Positions 10,180-19,856 of a stretch of 64,000 bases of DNA are shown one piece after another (position 1 is the first letter of the stretch; each line of letters begins with the position of its first letter). A program made the position numbers and the translations under genes. The notes below the pieces were generated by a model. That model was not told where the DNA came from, did no database searches, and saw nothing but the letters and a program-made list of their open reading frames with translations. The stretch is from Thermoplasmata archaeon (GTDB taxonomy: Archaea > Thermoplasmatota > JASEFT01 > JBBABA01), in contig JBBABA010000001.1 of NCBI GenBank assembly GCA_041657955.1, positions 106,419 to 170,418 of the forward strand, given 5' to 3'.

Positions 10180-11352
10180 ATGAATATATTATTTCTTACA
10201 AGTAATTTGAGGAAATGTTCTGGAGGCCCTGTAAGATATATTTTAAAATTGGCAGAATATTTGAGTAGGCACGGGCACGATGTACATATTTTATCGTTTC
10301 GTACGAGTAAAAATGAGTATACGCCATATGCCGGAGTAGTTAATCATAAATTAAACATAGAGATCGATGATAGAATGAATTTATTTAGAACGATTCTACC
10401 TTTATTACGGGAAACAAAAAAGATAATTCAAGAAAATAACATCGAGATCCTACATATGAACACTACTCTCTCAAATATACTTGGAGTACTGATGAAAAGT
10501 AAAAAGAACAATCTTGTGCTCGTTAGGGCGGTACTTGGCTGGCATGTGGAAATTAAAAACCACTCGAAAGCACAGAATAGATATGTTCGCCAAATACAAC
10601 AACAAATATTGGCAAATTCAAGGACGTTTTTGGAAAAAATCACAATAATGAATAACGATGCAACAATTACTGTTAGTCCAGAATTGCGGGAGTATGCAAT
10701 AAACTGTGGTGCAAACCCAAAAAGAATTTCAGTAATACCCTGCGGTGTAGATATTCTCCCTTTGCCGTTGTTGGAAAGAAAAGAAGAAACGATGAATAAA
10801 TTACACTTGGAATTAAAGCCAACGATTGTGTTTATAGGATCTATCCGAAAAACTAAAGGCATAGGTTATTTGCTACAGGCAGCAAAGCGTCTTCCTGATT
10901 ATCAATTTATTCTAATCGGAGAAGGCCCAGATTTAGATGCCTATAAAGATTTTGCGAAAAAACTGGAAATTACAAACATTAGGTTTGAGGGGTATGTAGA
11001 AGACGAATTGTTACATGAATATTTTGCTGTTGCTGATTTATTCTGCTTGCCATCGTTCTTAGAGGGTGTTCCAATGGCGATGTTGGAAGCGATGAGTTAT
11101 GGAGTTCCACCGCTGGTTACAAATATTGGTGGGAACCCTACTGTGATTGAACATGGTAGGAATGGGTATTTAATACCACCAGGGAATAGTGCAGCCATAA
11201 GACACGCGATAAAAGAGTTGTTTGATAATCCCGATAAATTAAAGAGTATTGGTGAAAACGCTAGAAAAACGATAGAGAGTAAATATGCGTGGGATATAGT
11301 TTCAAAACAGATAGAAAAGGTATATTTGACGAGTTTAGATGATAGAGAATGA
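10180..11352 (+). CDS. GT4-family glycosyltransferase
   Basis: C-terminal GT-B domain with EX7E-type motif: FLEGVPMAMLEAMSYGVPPLVTNIGG. Confidence 0.85.
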   Translation: MNILFLTSNLRKCSGGPVRYILKLAEYLSRHGHDVHILSFRTSKNEYTPYAGVVNHKLNIEIDDRMNLFRTILPLLRETKKIIQENNIEILHMNTTLSNILGVLMKSKKNNLVLVRAVLGWHVEIKNHSKAQNRYVRQIQQQILANSRTFLEKITIMNNDATITVSPELREYAINCGANPKRISVIPCGVDILPLPLLERKEETMNKLHLELKPTIVFIGSIRKTKGIGYLLQAAKRLPDYQFILIGEGPDLDAYKDFAKKLEITNIRFEGYVEDELLHEYFAVADLFCLPSFLEGVPMAMLEAMSYGVPPLVTNIGGNPTVIEHGRNGYLIPPGNSAAIRHAIKELFDNPDKLKSIGENARKTIESKYAWDIVSKQIEKVYLTSLDDRE

Positions 11353-11840
11353 ACATATCGATGCTTTTTTATGTGGACGATATGGAGAGCACATGTGGCG
11401 ATTCTACACATTTTAGGGCGAACTAAACGACACAGTTATTGATCTAGACCTCGAGGATCAAAGCAAGGGCGTAGTGGATTAAAATGCCCTGTAAAAATAT
11501 AGCAACCATAGCAACCTATCCGAAATATATCTAGTTTCTAGATATTTATTCGGTGCGTGGAGAGAGTGAGCGAGTTTAGTACAAATAAGATCGGTCTATT
11601 AACACAAAGCATCTATGAAAATAATGACTAGGTAGTTATTTGATTGGTAGTGATATTGGGAATTCACTATATGCCAACATGCTGATATGGGGAATAGATT
11701 AATTGTAGCACTCAACGTATCTTTGCGAAAAATATATCTCCCACATAGGCAATGTGATTGAGGATTTACTCATAAAATTTGGAAAATATTGTAGCATCAG
11801 GGAAAAGGGATTTCTGGCCCTATGATACTATGAGGCGTCT

Positions 11841-12986
11841 ATGCATGTAATCTGCGCGTTTGATGGAGTAAAAGGTGCACCTAAGATTCATACATACAAT
11901 ACCTGTAAGCACCTAGTTAAACTTGGACACACTGTTGATTTAATCACGACAGTACCACCTGAAGAATTCAAAAATATAGGTGTAAAAATTATAAAAGTGA
12001 AAGACATAAACTTAAAAGAATCTATTCTAAAAACAATTCTTAAAAACACTTTTTTCACTCTTAACTCGCTATTTAGAACGTGTGACATTTTCTATACGCG
12101 GAATTGTCTATTGGCTTCGTTGTTTAAGTTACTTAGACCTACCACGTCCGTCGCATGTGAGGTCAATGGTTTGCGCTATGTCGAACTTCCTATATCGGGA
12201 TGTAAAAATACAGTAAGGATAAAAATTGTGGCTTTTCTCGAAATAAAACTTATGCCCTTCTTAGTTGACGCGGTTATCGTAGTTACAAAAGGATTAGGGG
12301 ACACCATGGTAAAAGGCGGAGCGCCTAAAAACAAGATTTTCTTGGTTCGAAATGGCGTGAATCATCAACTATTCAAACCCATTAGAGACCAAAAGAGCAT
12401 TCGCGCCCTCTATGGTATTTCAGAAAATGAGACAGTAATAATATTTGTGGGTAAGGTATGTGCATGGCATGGTGTAGAACATACTTTTGGAATATTTGCG
12501 CGGGTTTTGATGGAAAAAAAAAATGTCAAACTCTTTTTTGTAGGCGATAAAAAAGAAGAACTCGATACAAAACTTCGAATGATGATAGACGAACTCTCGC
12601 TGACTGAGAATATAATTTTCACAGGCTGGATGGATAACAAGGATGTCTCCGACTGCATAATGGCTGCAGATGCAGGTATTCATACCGGTATGCACGGCTA
12701 TGAGCTAAACCCCTTTAAAGTGCTCGAATACATGGCCGCCGGCAAACCCGTCATAGGAAGTAAATTTGGTCTGGAAGAGTTGATAGCAAAAAGCGAGGGG
12801 GGGATTATTATAAACCCCCTAAATTATGAAGAGAGCGCAAAACAGATTCGCGAGCTTGTAAACGACAAGGATAAAATGAAAAAACTTGGAGAAAACGGTA
12901 GAATCTATATACACCAAAATCATGATTGGATGAAAGTGACGAGAGATTTGGAAAAGGTTTTTGATGTTGTTGTAAAAAATAAGTGA
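11841..12986 (+). CDS. GT4-like glycosyltransferase
   Basis: GT-B C-terminal domain (FFVGDKKEE...GYELNPFKVLEYMAAGKPVIGSKFGL). Long (about 490 bp) upstream non-coding spacer. Confidence 0.7.
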   Translation: MHVICAFDGVKGAPKIHTYNTCKHLVKLGHTVDLITTVPPEEFKNIGVKIIKVKDINLKESILKTILKNTFFTLNSLFRTCDIFYTRNCLLASLFKLLRPTTSVACEVNGLRYVELPISGCKNTVRIKIVAFLEIKLMPFLVDAVIVVTKGLGDTMVKGGAPKNKIFLVRNGVNHQLFKPIRDQKSIRALYGISENETVIIFVGKVCAWHGVEHTFGIFARVLMEKKNVKLFFVGDKKEELDTKLRMMIDELSLTENIIFTGWMDNKDVSDCIMAADAGIHTGMHGYELNPFKVLEYMAAGKPVIGSKFGLEELIAKSEGGIIINPLNYEESAKQIRELVNDKDKMKKLGENGRIYIHQNHDWMKVTRDLEKVFDVVVKNK

Positions 12987-13285
12987 TTGTTTGAATTGAA
13001 ACTTTCAATCAACAAAATTTTCGCATATATGCATTAAGACAATAGACGTTCTAGAAACGAAATTATTTTATAAATAGGACAACCCTCTTTTTAGTAAAGT
13101 TTCATTTATGCCAACCAACTTCTCAAAGTTTCTATCATAATTCGCTCTTTCTTGCGCAACCTGTTGTCGCAAGCAACATAAAAGGCGTCGACGACTTACT
13201 TACTCACTATTAGATAATTTAAAATATCTAACTATCGTTCTTATCCTTACTATTATATCGACACCATATCACAAATCAATAGCAT

Positions 13286-14293
13286 ATGTCGGGGAGTGAG
13301 AAGAAGATGAAATGGAGTAACAAACGAGTCCTAGTTACAGGCGCCGGAGGTTTTATAGGAAGTCATCTTGTTGAGTCTCTACTAGAGATGGATGCCGATG
13401 TTGTGGCTTTTGTTCGCTACAATTCTCGAAACGATTGGGGTGCGATTGAGTTCTTATCGAAGGAGCAATTATCCTCAATTACTATCGTGGCAGGAGATCT
13501 CAGAGATGTTGACGCAGTTAGAAGAGCGATGAAGGATGTAGATATCGTTTTTCATCTTGGTGCATTAATTGGGATCCCATATTCCTATGTAAACCCTAGG
13601 GAAGTTGTTGATGTAAATATTATGGGTACGCTAAATATACTCCAGGCCGGAGTGGATTTGTGCCCTGAGAAGATTATCCACACATCTACAAGTGAGATTT
13701 TCGGGACAGCGCAATATGTCCCCATTGACGAAAAACATCCAGTTAACCCACAATCCCCCTATGCAGCAAGTAAGGTGGGGGCGGATTTCTTGGCACTTTC
13801 CTTTTATCGATCCTTCGATTTACCAGTATCTATTTTGCGACCGTTTAATACATACGGACCCCGTCAATCGGCACGTGCAGTAATACCAACAATAATAACC
13901 CAAGCCCTCACCACAGATGTTATTAAACTAGGAAATCTAACATCGACGCGGGATCTGACGTTTGTAAAGGACACCGCGAAAGGTTTTATAAAGTTGGCCG
14001 AAAGTAACGTGGTTGGGCAAACAATTAACATCGGTTCAAACATCGAGATTTCTATAGGTGACCTTGCAAAAAAGATTATTAAATTGACTGGGAAGGACGT
14101 CAAAATAATTTCCGAGGAAAAAAGAAAAAGACCCCCAAAAAGCGAAGTGGAACGTCTCCGTATAGATAATTCCAATGCCAAAAAAGCAATTGGGTGGGAA
14201 CCCACCACTTCACTCGAAGTGGGTCTAAGAAAAACAATCGATTGGATTTCACAAAACCTAGATTTATACAAAATAGATCGATATGTTGTATGA
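13286..14293 (+). CDS. NAD-dependent nucleotide-sugar epimerase/dehydratase (extended SDR; UDP-glucose 4-epimerase/UDP-GlcA decarboxylase-like)
   Basis: VLVTGAGGFIGSHL Rossmann motif and YAASK catalytic motif. Confidence 0.85.
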   Translation: MSGSEKKMKWSNKRVLVTGAGGFIGSHLVESLLEMDADVVAFVRYNSRNDWGAIEFLSKEQLSSITIVAGDLRDVDAVRRAMKDVDIVFHLGALIGIPYSYVNPREVVDVNIMGTLNILQAGVDLCPEKIIHTSTSEIFGTAQYVPIDEKHPVNPQSPYAASKVGADFLALSFYRSFDLPVSILRPFNTYGPRQSARAVIPTIITQALTTDVIKLGNLTSTRDLTFVKDTAKGFIKLAESNVVGQTINIGSNIEISIGDLAKKIIKLTGKDVKIISEEKRKRPPKSEVERLRIDNSNAKKAIGWEPTTSLEVGLRKTIDWISQNLDLYKIDRYVV

Positions 14294-14304
14294 GGGTGAT
14301 CTAA

Positions 14305-15027
14305 ATGAAGGTAGTAATACTGGCGGGGGGTAAAGGAACTAGACTGCTTCCATATACTACAGTTTATCCTAAACCGTTGGTTCCGATAGGCGATAGACCT
14401 ATACTCGAAATTCTTATTCGACAACTAGCAAAGAACGGTTTCGATGAGATTATACTCGCGGTAGGTCATCTCGCGGAGCTGATTCAAGCTTTTTTTGGGG
14501 ACGGGAGCAAGTACGGCATAAAGATAGAATATTCTAAGGAGGATAAGCCACTGGGCACAGCAGCCCCCATTCTGAAAATTAGGGATAAGTTGAATGAAAC
14601 GTTCATTATGATGAATGGTGACATTCTAACAACACTAGATTTCTCCGCCTTAGTCCATTATCATCAGAAAAATAAGGCGGCAGCTACGGTTGCGTTAAAT
14701 AAAAGAGACGTAAACATAGATTATGGTGTGGTCGAGGTAGATTCTAAACAAAACATACATGAATGGAAAGAAAAACCGAAGATTAGTTATAATGTCAGCA
14801 TGGGGGTATACGTTCTTGAGCCGGAGGTTTTAGACTATGTGCCTCAAAATCAGCCCTATGATTTGCCGGAACTAATAAGAGATTTAATCAATAACAATAA
14901 GATTGTAAAAGGGTATCTATATGATGGGTATTGGTTGGATATTGGTAGACCAGAAGACTATAAAAAAGCGGTTGAGGAAAAGAACCCACAGGAATTGATT
15001 GAATGGATCTTAAAGGGAAAAAAATAG
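14305..15027 (+). CDS. Sugar-1-phosphate nucleotidyltransferase (short form)
   Basis: MKVVILAGGKGTRLLPYT...KPLVPI nucleotidyltransferase signature. Confidence 0.8.
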   Translation: MKVVILAGGKGTRLLPYTTVYPKPLVPIGDRPILEILIRQLAKNGFDEIILAVGHLAELIQAFFGDGSKYGIKIEYSKEDKPLGTAAPILKIRDKLNETFIMMNGDILTTLDFSALVHYHQKNKAAATVALNKRDVNIDYGVVEVDSKQNIHEWKEKPKISYNVSMGVYVLEPEVLDYVPQNQPYDLPELIRDLINNNKIVKGYLYDGYWLDIGRPEDYKKAVEEKNPQELIEWILKGKK

Positions 15028-15863
15028 TAGTTACTGGAAGTGCGGGATTCATAGGGAGTCGTGTTGTAGTTAAGTTGAAAGAAGAAGGAGCAGAGGTTAT
15101 AGAATTTGATATAAAAAATAAAATCGATCTTACTGAATGGAAAACAATCCCAAAAACAGATGGTGTTGACATCATTTACCACTTAGCCGCGATAATGTAT
15201 GTACCATATTCGTTTCAACACCCAAGAGAAACTTATTTTACAAATATCGGAAGCACAATAAACATGTTAGAATTATGTAGAAACAACAACGCAAGAATGA
15301 TTCTTGCAAGCTCCTATGTTTACGGAGATCTAAGTGGTGTGTCAATCAATGAAAGTTGTCCGATTAATCCTACAAATCCATATATGGTAAGCAAGGTCGT
15401 CTGCGAAGAGTTATGCAAATCCTATCATGACGACTATGGTATTAGTTGTACAATCTTAAGGCCGTTTAATATCTACGGTGAAGGACAGGACGATAGGTTT
15501 CTAATCCCGCATATAATAAAGCAAATCGAAGAGAATGGCAAAATTGTTTTAGACAATTCAAATCCTAAAAGAGATTTTTTGCATATCGATGATATGGTGA
15601 ATGCCTATATCAAAGCGGGAGAATATGACAAATCGAAATTCGAGATTATAAATATAGGATACGGAAAAAGTTACAGCGTAAGAGAGATCGTGGATATAAT
15701 AGTTAGTTGTTATAATAGAACGATCGAGGTTACATATCTTAACAAAAGAAGAAAGGGCGAGATTATGGATACAGTTGCTGACATTTCGAAAGCAAAGAGA
15801 TTGCTGGGGTGGGTGCCAAATGTGAGCGTTAAAGAGGGATTAAGACGGATGGTTGGCAAATAA
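15003..15863 (+). CDS. NAD-dependent epimerase/dehydratase
   Basis: IVVTGSAGFIGS and YMVSK motifs. Overlaps the upstream gene by 25 nt. Confidence 0.8.
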   Translation: MDLKGKKIVVTGSAGFIGSRVVVKLKEEGAEVIEFDIKNKIDLTEWKTIPKTDGVDIIYHLAAIMYVPYSFQHPRETYFTNIGSTINMLELCRNNNARMILASSYVYGDLSGVSINESCPINPTNPYMVSKVVCEELCKSYHDDYGISCTILRPFNIYGEGQDDRFLIPHIIKQIEENGKIVLDNSNPKRDFLHIDDMVNAYIKAGEYDKSKFEIINIGYGKSYSVREIVDIIVSCYNRTIEVTYLNKRRKGEIMDTVADISKAKRLLGWVPNVSVKEGLRRMVGK

Positions 15864-16039
15864 TTTCATTACTAACGATAAACTCCGAGACCAAACGAGT
15901 AGAAATGGAGGGAGAGTCATTGAAGAAAAATACAGCTGGAAATGTATTACCGGGGGCGTCGAAGAGTTGTGCAAAAACGCATTAAACCAGTAATGTAGCT
16001 GATACTGACACAAATATAAAAATAACAGGACTTGTTATG

Positions 16040-16178
16040 CTATCGTTTAGAGGCACAACTAATACATAATTCAAACCAAATTGTGAGAGAAACACCACAT
16101 AATTGCCAAGGAAAGGGCCGACTGGGGAAAAACTTCGCTAAATTGGAAGAGATGTACAGGAAGTTACTTGCAACTTGA
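16040..16178 (+). pseudogene. 3'-terminal remnant of a GT4 glycosyltransferase gene (paralog of 54684..55802) with a 1-nt deletion
   Basis: About 90 bp at 16085-16178 aligns to 55721-55802 at about 85% identity. Encodes IAKERADW/GKNFAKLEEMYRKLLAT* versus IAKERADWEKNFAKLEEMYQKLLAT* at the intact gene's C-terminus. Confidence 0.6.
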
Positions 16179-16202
16179 AACTACAGTAATATAGGTATTA
16201 AC

Positions 16203-18281
16203 TCAAAGTGCCAAATCTTTATTTAGTGCTAATGCCCAGAGCGTATAACCTATTTCATATGAACCTTTAAATGCGCCGAACCCGTCTTTAGATTGCACGT
16301 TACCTTTATTGTCAACACACCTATAGGAAAAGAATGCCCCTGTTGAATTATAATTGTGAACATACATATCAATTTCTGCGGAATTGTGATCTACGAGAAA
16401 TTTCCAAGCCGATATGGCATTGGGTGTATAGTCATATCTGCCACCGGATAGGATGTACAAATATCTGGAGCATATAAGAAAAAGCATCTGATGAATTTCA
16501 AAGAAGGTTTCAGTATTTTTAGTATTCCATTTCAAGCCTCCATTTGGAAGAAGCAGATTTCTGATTACCCAATCAAAATTTTTCTTCGCTGAAAGAAGGT
16601 ATTCATCAGAACCCGTTGCCTTATTTGCCAATAGAAGGGCTATATCCGCTTTCAATTGATTCTGAATCGCGGTTCTATATTCTCTTGGTTTGAATGGGAA
16701 TAGTCCATCTTTTAGTTGATGGTTAATGAATTCCATAGCATAATTGTGTATCTCTGTTTGCAGTTTACTTATGTGCTCCGTATCATCTAACAGTTTATAG
16801 ACTAACAAAAGATTTGCATACGCACGCAGAATCACAGAATGATGGTCTTCGAACATCGGAGTAAATTTAGATGAAGTAAAATTATATAATTTATTTATAT
16901 CATGAAGAATCTGCTCAGTCAGTTTAGGATCTTTGTCTTTGAAATACAGGTATCCCAATGCTAAAGATGATAAAGTTGCCCCACATTCATATTCTTCGCT
17001 AGTATGTGCATGCCCATCCGGGACACCATCTATTTTACCTTCCTGATTTATTTTTGAATGAATATATCTCAATTCATTTTTGAGATTTTCATCAAGTGAC
17101 GCATCACCTGTTACTATTGCATAGTGTGTGCCTCCTTCCTGCAATTCTACAGCGTATTTCCAGTCGTGTGGTACATAACCAGACCAATCAGTTCCAGTCC
17201 AATTCAGTTGCCTAATCCAGTTCTGGCGATCCGGGTCCCAAAACCCTTTCTGTTTGTATCCTTTTTTAATGTGCAACACTTGCTCTTCCAAATAATTATG
17301 TCGAGTGTCAGAATACATAGAATGGTAATTTGTAATATAATGTATCAATTTTTGGTCAGTAGCTTTGTACTCATCTTCGGTAGTATATATTGTTATCTTT
17401 CTTTCAAGAAGCTCTTTATACGCATCGAAGAATTCTTTTATGTTCATAATCCAGGACCTTGCATCTCCGACATACCCAAATTTAACAACTCCTCTATCGG
17501 TTAAAAAATCTGTAACAAAATTTCTAATCCAGTCCCCCCCCGGTCTCTTCTCGATCCTTGTTCGAGCCACCTTGGGATCCAGTGGCGTTACATTCATAAT
17601 TTTTATTTTTCCATTATCAATTACTTTTGCATTATATACTTTATCCATATAGACATTGATGGGAAATGGTTTAATCACATCTTCAGCTATGTGATATAAA
17701 CTTAATTTATCAAATCCTATCCCAATTCCAAGAACCTTTCCTCCGTACTCCATAATGTTGTACATGGGTGTTCCGGCTCCAAAATTTGAAGAACACTCAT
17801 TATGTCCCGCAGTAATTATTTTAGCTTTTGCGCCGAGAGCACATACCGAACTTGTAGGATGAATGCTTCTGAATACTCCGCTTCTTTTTCTAAATGTTTC
17901 TGGGATTAAACCAAGTGTTGATGGAGCTATGTTTGGGTCGAAGACTTCATTTTTTTCGAGGGTATCAACCATCCTCCCCCCCACGGGCATTGAAAATGCA
18001 GGCATTGCCAAAGTTCCATCATGCCCAATAACTTCGATTAACGCATTTATTATGGTATCTGCACCACCCTCGACATTACCAATGCTTCTAAGAGAACTCT
18101 GAACAAAAAGAATGTCCCCAGAACGAACCCCCATATCCTTTAAATCATCTGCAATCTCAGATTTCGATATTGGTCTATTTGAAAAGGTTTTATAATCCCC
18201 TCTTAGACGCTTAACAATTTTTATCACTCTTTTTTTTGCGTTTATTGGAAGTTTGTGATACATTTTTTTAATAATTGACAT
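16203..18281 (-). CDS. Fusion protein: N-terminal AAC(3)-family (aminoglycoside 3-N-acetyltransferase-like) domain plus about 400-aa C-terminal helical domain of unknown function
   Basis: N-terminal 270 aa carries the AAC(3) family hallmarks: DILFVQSSLRSIG, GTLAMPAFS, IPETFRKRSGVFRSIHPTSSV, LGIGIGFDKLSLYHIAE. C-terminal region is not recognised, possibly alpha/alpha-toroid. Confidence 0.75.
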   Translation of the reverse strand: MSIIKKMYHKLPINAKKRVIKIVKRLRGDYKTFSNRPISKSEIADDLKDMGVRSGDILFVQSSLRSIGNVEGGADTIINALIEVIGHDGTLAMPAFSMPVGGRMVDTLEKNEVFDPNIAPSTLGLIPETFRKRSGVFRSIHPTSSVCALGAKAKIITAGHNECSSNFGAGTPMYNIMEYGGKVLGIGIGFDKLSLYHIAEDVIKPFPINVYMDKVYNAKVIDNGKIKIMNVTPLDPKVARTRIEKRPGGDWIRNFVTDFLTDRGVVKFGYVGDARSWIMNIKEFFDAYKELLERKITIYTTEDEYKATDQKLIHYITNYHSMYSDTRHNYLEEQVLHIKKGYKQKGFWDPDRQNWIRQLNWTGTDWSGYVPHDWKYAVELQEGGTHYAIVTGDASLDENLKNELRYIHSKINQEGKIDGVPDGHAHTSEEYECGATLSSLALGYLYFKDKDPKLTEQILHDINKLYNFTSSKFTPMFEDHHSVILRAYANLLLVYKLLDDTEHISKLQTEIHNYAMEFINHQLKDGLFPFKPREYRTAIQNQLKADIALLLANKATGSDEYLLSAKKNFDWVIRNLLLPNGGLKWNTKNTETFFEIHQMLFLICSRYLYILSGGRYDYTPNAISAWKFLVDHNSAEIDMYVHNYNSTGAFFSYRCVDNKGNVQSKDGFGAFKGSYEIGYTLWALALNKDLAL

Positions 18282-18478
18282 ATTTGTCCTCTATGGTTAT
18301 TACCTCTATAAAAAATCACTCATTGAAAGTATAACATTGTTGTAGATTTCAACCGTGGCCATCGCCACGTATTGTTCGCGGCTAACCATTAAATTAAATA
18401 TCTCACTTTTCACATTCGGCGCTATCTTAATGCCCCATAGGAATTCTCAATAGTATTTTAGTTTTTTCTTAATGAACC

Positions 18479-19222
18479 TCACATATAATATCCACCATTC
18501 AGATTAATCACCTGACCAGTTATGTAACCCGCGTCGTCAGAAGCGAGATATGCAACCAAACTACCTACTTCTTCAGGTTTTCCAAAACGACCAAGGGGTA
18601 TTTGAGATAATATCGAGTCTTGCATTTCTTGTGGCAACCGTTTGAGCATACCTTCATAAATATATCCAAGCGCGATTGCATTGACAGTTATTCCTTTTTT
18701 TGCAACTTCTTTTGCTGTTGCTTTTGTAAAGCCGATAACTCCTGCTTTAGATGCAGCATAGTTTGCGGCACCTGCTACGCCGATTTGACCGACCACCGAC
18801 GTTATATTGATTATTCTGCCACTTTTTTGGTTACGCATGATATCGATTACTGATTTTGTGCAATTGAAAGTTCCCGTTAGATTTGTGCTTATTACTTCGT
18901 CCCATGTCTCGTCCGTCATTTTTGCAATCGTACTATCCTTGAATATCCCCGCATTGTTGACAAGTATATCGATTCTTGCAAACTCCTTTAAAGTTACGTC
19001 CACCATCTTTTTTACTTGCTCATAACTCGATACATCCGCCCCTATAACGATTGCGCGTCTGCCCATATCTTTGATAGAATTTGCAACGTTCTCTGCGGCT
19101 TGCCTATCTTGCTTATAGTTGACTACAACATCTGCCCCTTCCTTAGCCAGGGTTAAGGCGATAGTTTGGCCAATACCTCTCGAACCACCAGTCACTATAG
19201 CTACTTTATTATCTAGCTTCAT
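18479..19222 (-). CDS. Short-chain dehydrogenase/reductase (FabG-like)
   Basis: VAIVTGGSRGIG, NNAG and Y..ASKAG motifs. Start refined to the MKLDNKV ATG at 19222. Confidence 0.85.
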   Translation of the reverse strand: MKLDNKVAIVTGGSRGIGQTIALTLAKEGADVVVNYKQDRQAAENVANSIKDMGRRAIVIGADVSSYEQVKKMVDVTLKEFARIDILVNNAGIFKDSTIAKMTDETWDEVISTNLTGTFNCTKSVIDIMRNQKSGRIINITSVVGQIGVAGAANYAASKAGVIGFTKATAKEVAKKGITVNAIALGYIYEGMLKRLPQEMQDSILSQIPLGRFGKPEEVGSLVAYLASDDAGYITGQVINLNGGYYM

Positions 19223-19572
19223 TTTTCTACCACCATTATTACTCAAACTGTGTAAATCAAGGAGATATGTCACCCCTTGCGCAGTTACTGTTACGGTCAT
19301 TCTCCAATTTAAGTCCTTTGACGAATTTCTCGAACCAACAGTTATCTGCCTCGCCCGAATACTTACTCTCTGGCTTGTGTAGAAACCCTTCACAGCTAAT
19401 AAAACAACAATCAACTCATCCTACATAATACATAGAAGTTGTATGCCAAGAACTTTGTCATCAGATATCTCTTCTGTGCTCTTATTCCTTTGCTAGGAAC
19501 ATACTCGCCGAACATCCTTTTTATCACGGAGTTTCCAATACTACAAAATTCGTTTCAGAATTTTGTACGTAC

Positions 19573-19598
19573 TATGAAATCTCCAGCGAGATTTCATA
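19573..19598. promoter_or_regulatory. Perfect 10-bp inverted repeat (tatgaaatct-ccagcg-agatttcata) in divergent intergenic region
   Basis: Read directly from the sequence. Lies about 260 nt upstream of the amidotransferase gene start. Confidence 0.5.
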
Positions 19599-19635
19599 CG
19601 TTTGTATAGAGTTTTTACGAAAAACTCCATAGTCG

Positions 19636-19664
19636 TACAAACTTTGCTTCTGGCAAAGTTTGTA
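19636..19664. promoter_or_regulatory. Perfect 12-bp inverted repeat (tacaaactttgc-ttctg-gcaaagtttgta)
   Basis: Read directly from the sequence. Lies 38 nt downstream of the first palindrome. Confidence 0.5.
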
Positions 19665-19856
19665 GATATCGAGTATTTGCTTGTGTGTTCCGGTATGCCG
19701 TTTCTTTTAAGTATTCCTAAACCATATTGTATAACCAACGAGGCTCGCATCCCATCCACCTCAAACAGATGGGTGGGGGATTTGTCTCCAGATTAGGGTT
19801 TCTACAAAGCCGATGGGACGAAACGTTTTAATATCACACAAACACTCAAACATTGC

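Noticed and set aside
11353-11840. 490-bp gene-free spacer upstream of a GT4 gene, considered as a pseudogene or ncRNA locus
   Set aside because: Translation in all frames gave no recognisable protein motif and no strong secondary-structure signature was seen by eye. It is left as an unusually long leader/promoter region (a T-run terminator follows the upstream gene at 11365-11371).
17534-17541. C8 homopolymer inside the AAC(3)-fusion gene (also C7/C8 runs at 37105, 40147, 42238, 49330) as possible frameshift sites
   Set aside because: The reading frames run intact through these tracts (they encode Gly-Gly), so no disruption is evident. Only the 31281-31285 tract coincides with a frame problem.
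18352-18367. GC-rich 6-bp hairpin (cgtggc-catc-gccacg) between two reverse-strand genes, considered as a terminator
   Set aside because: Short stem and no T-rich tail on either strand, so not convincing as an intrinsic terminator.
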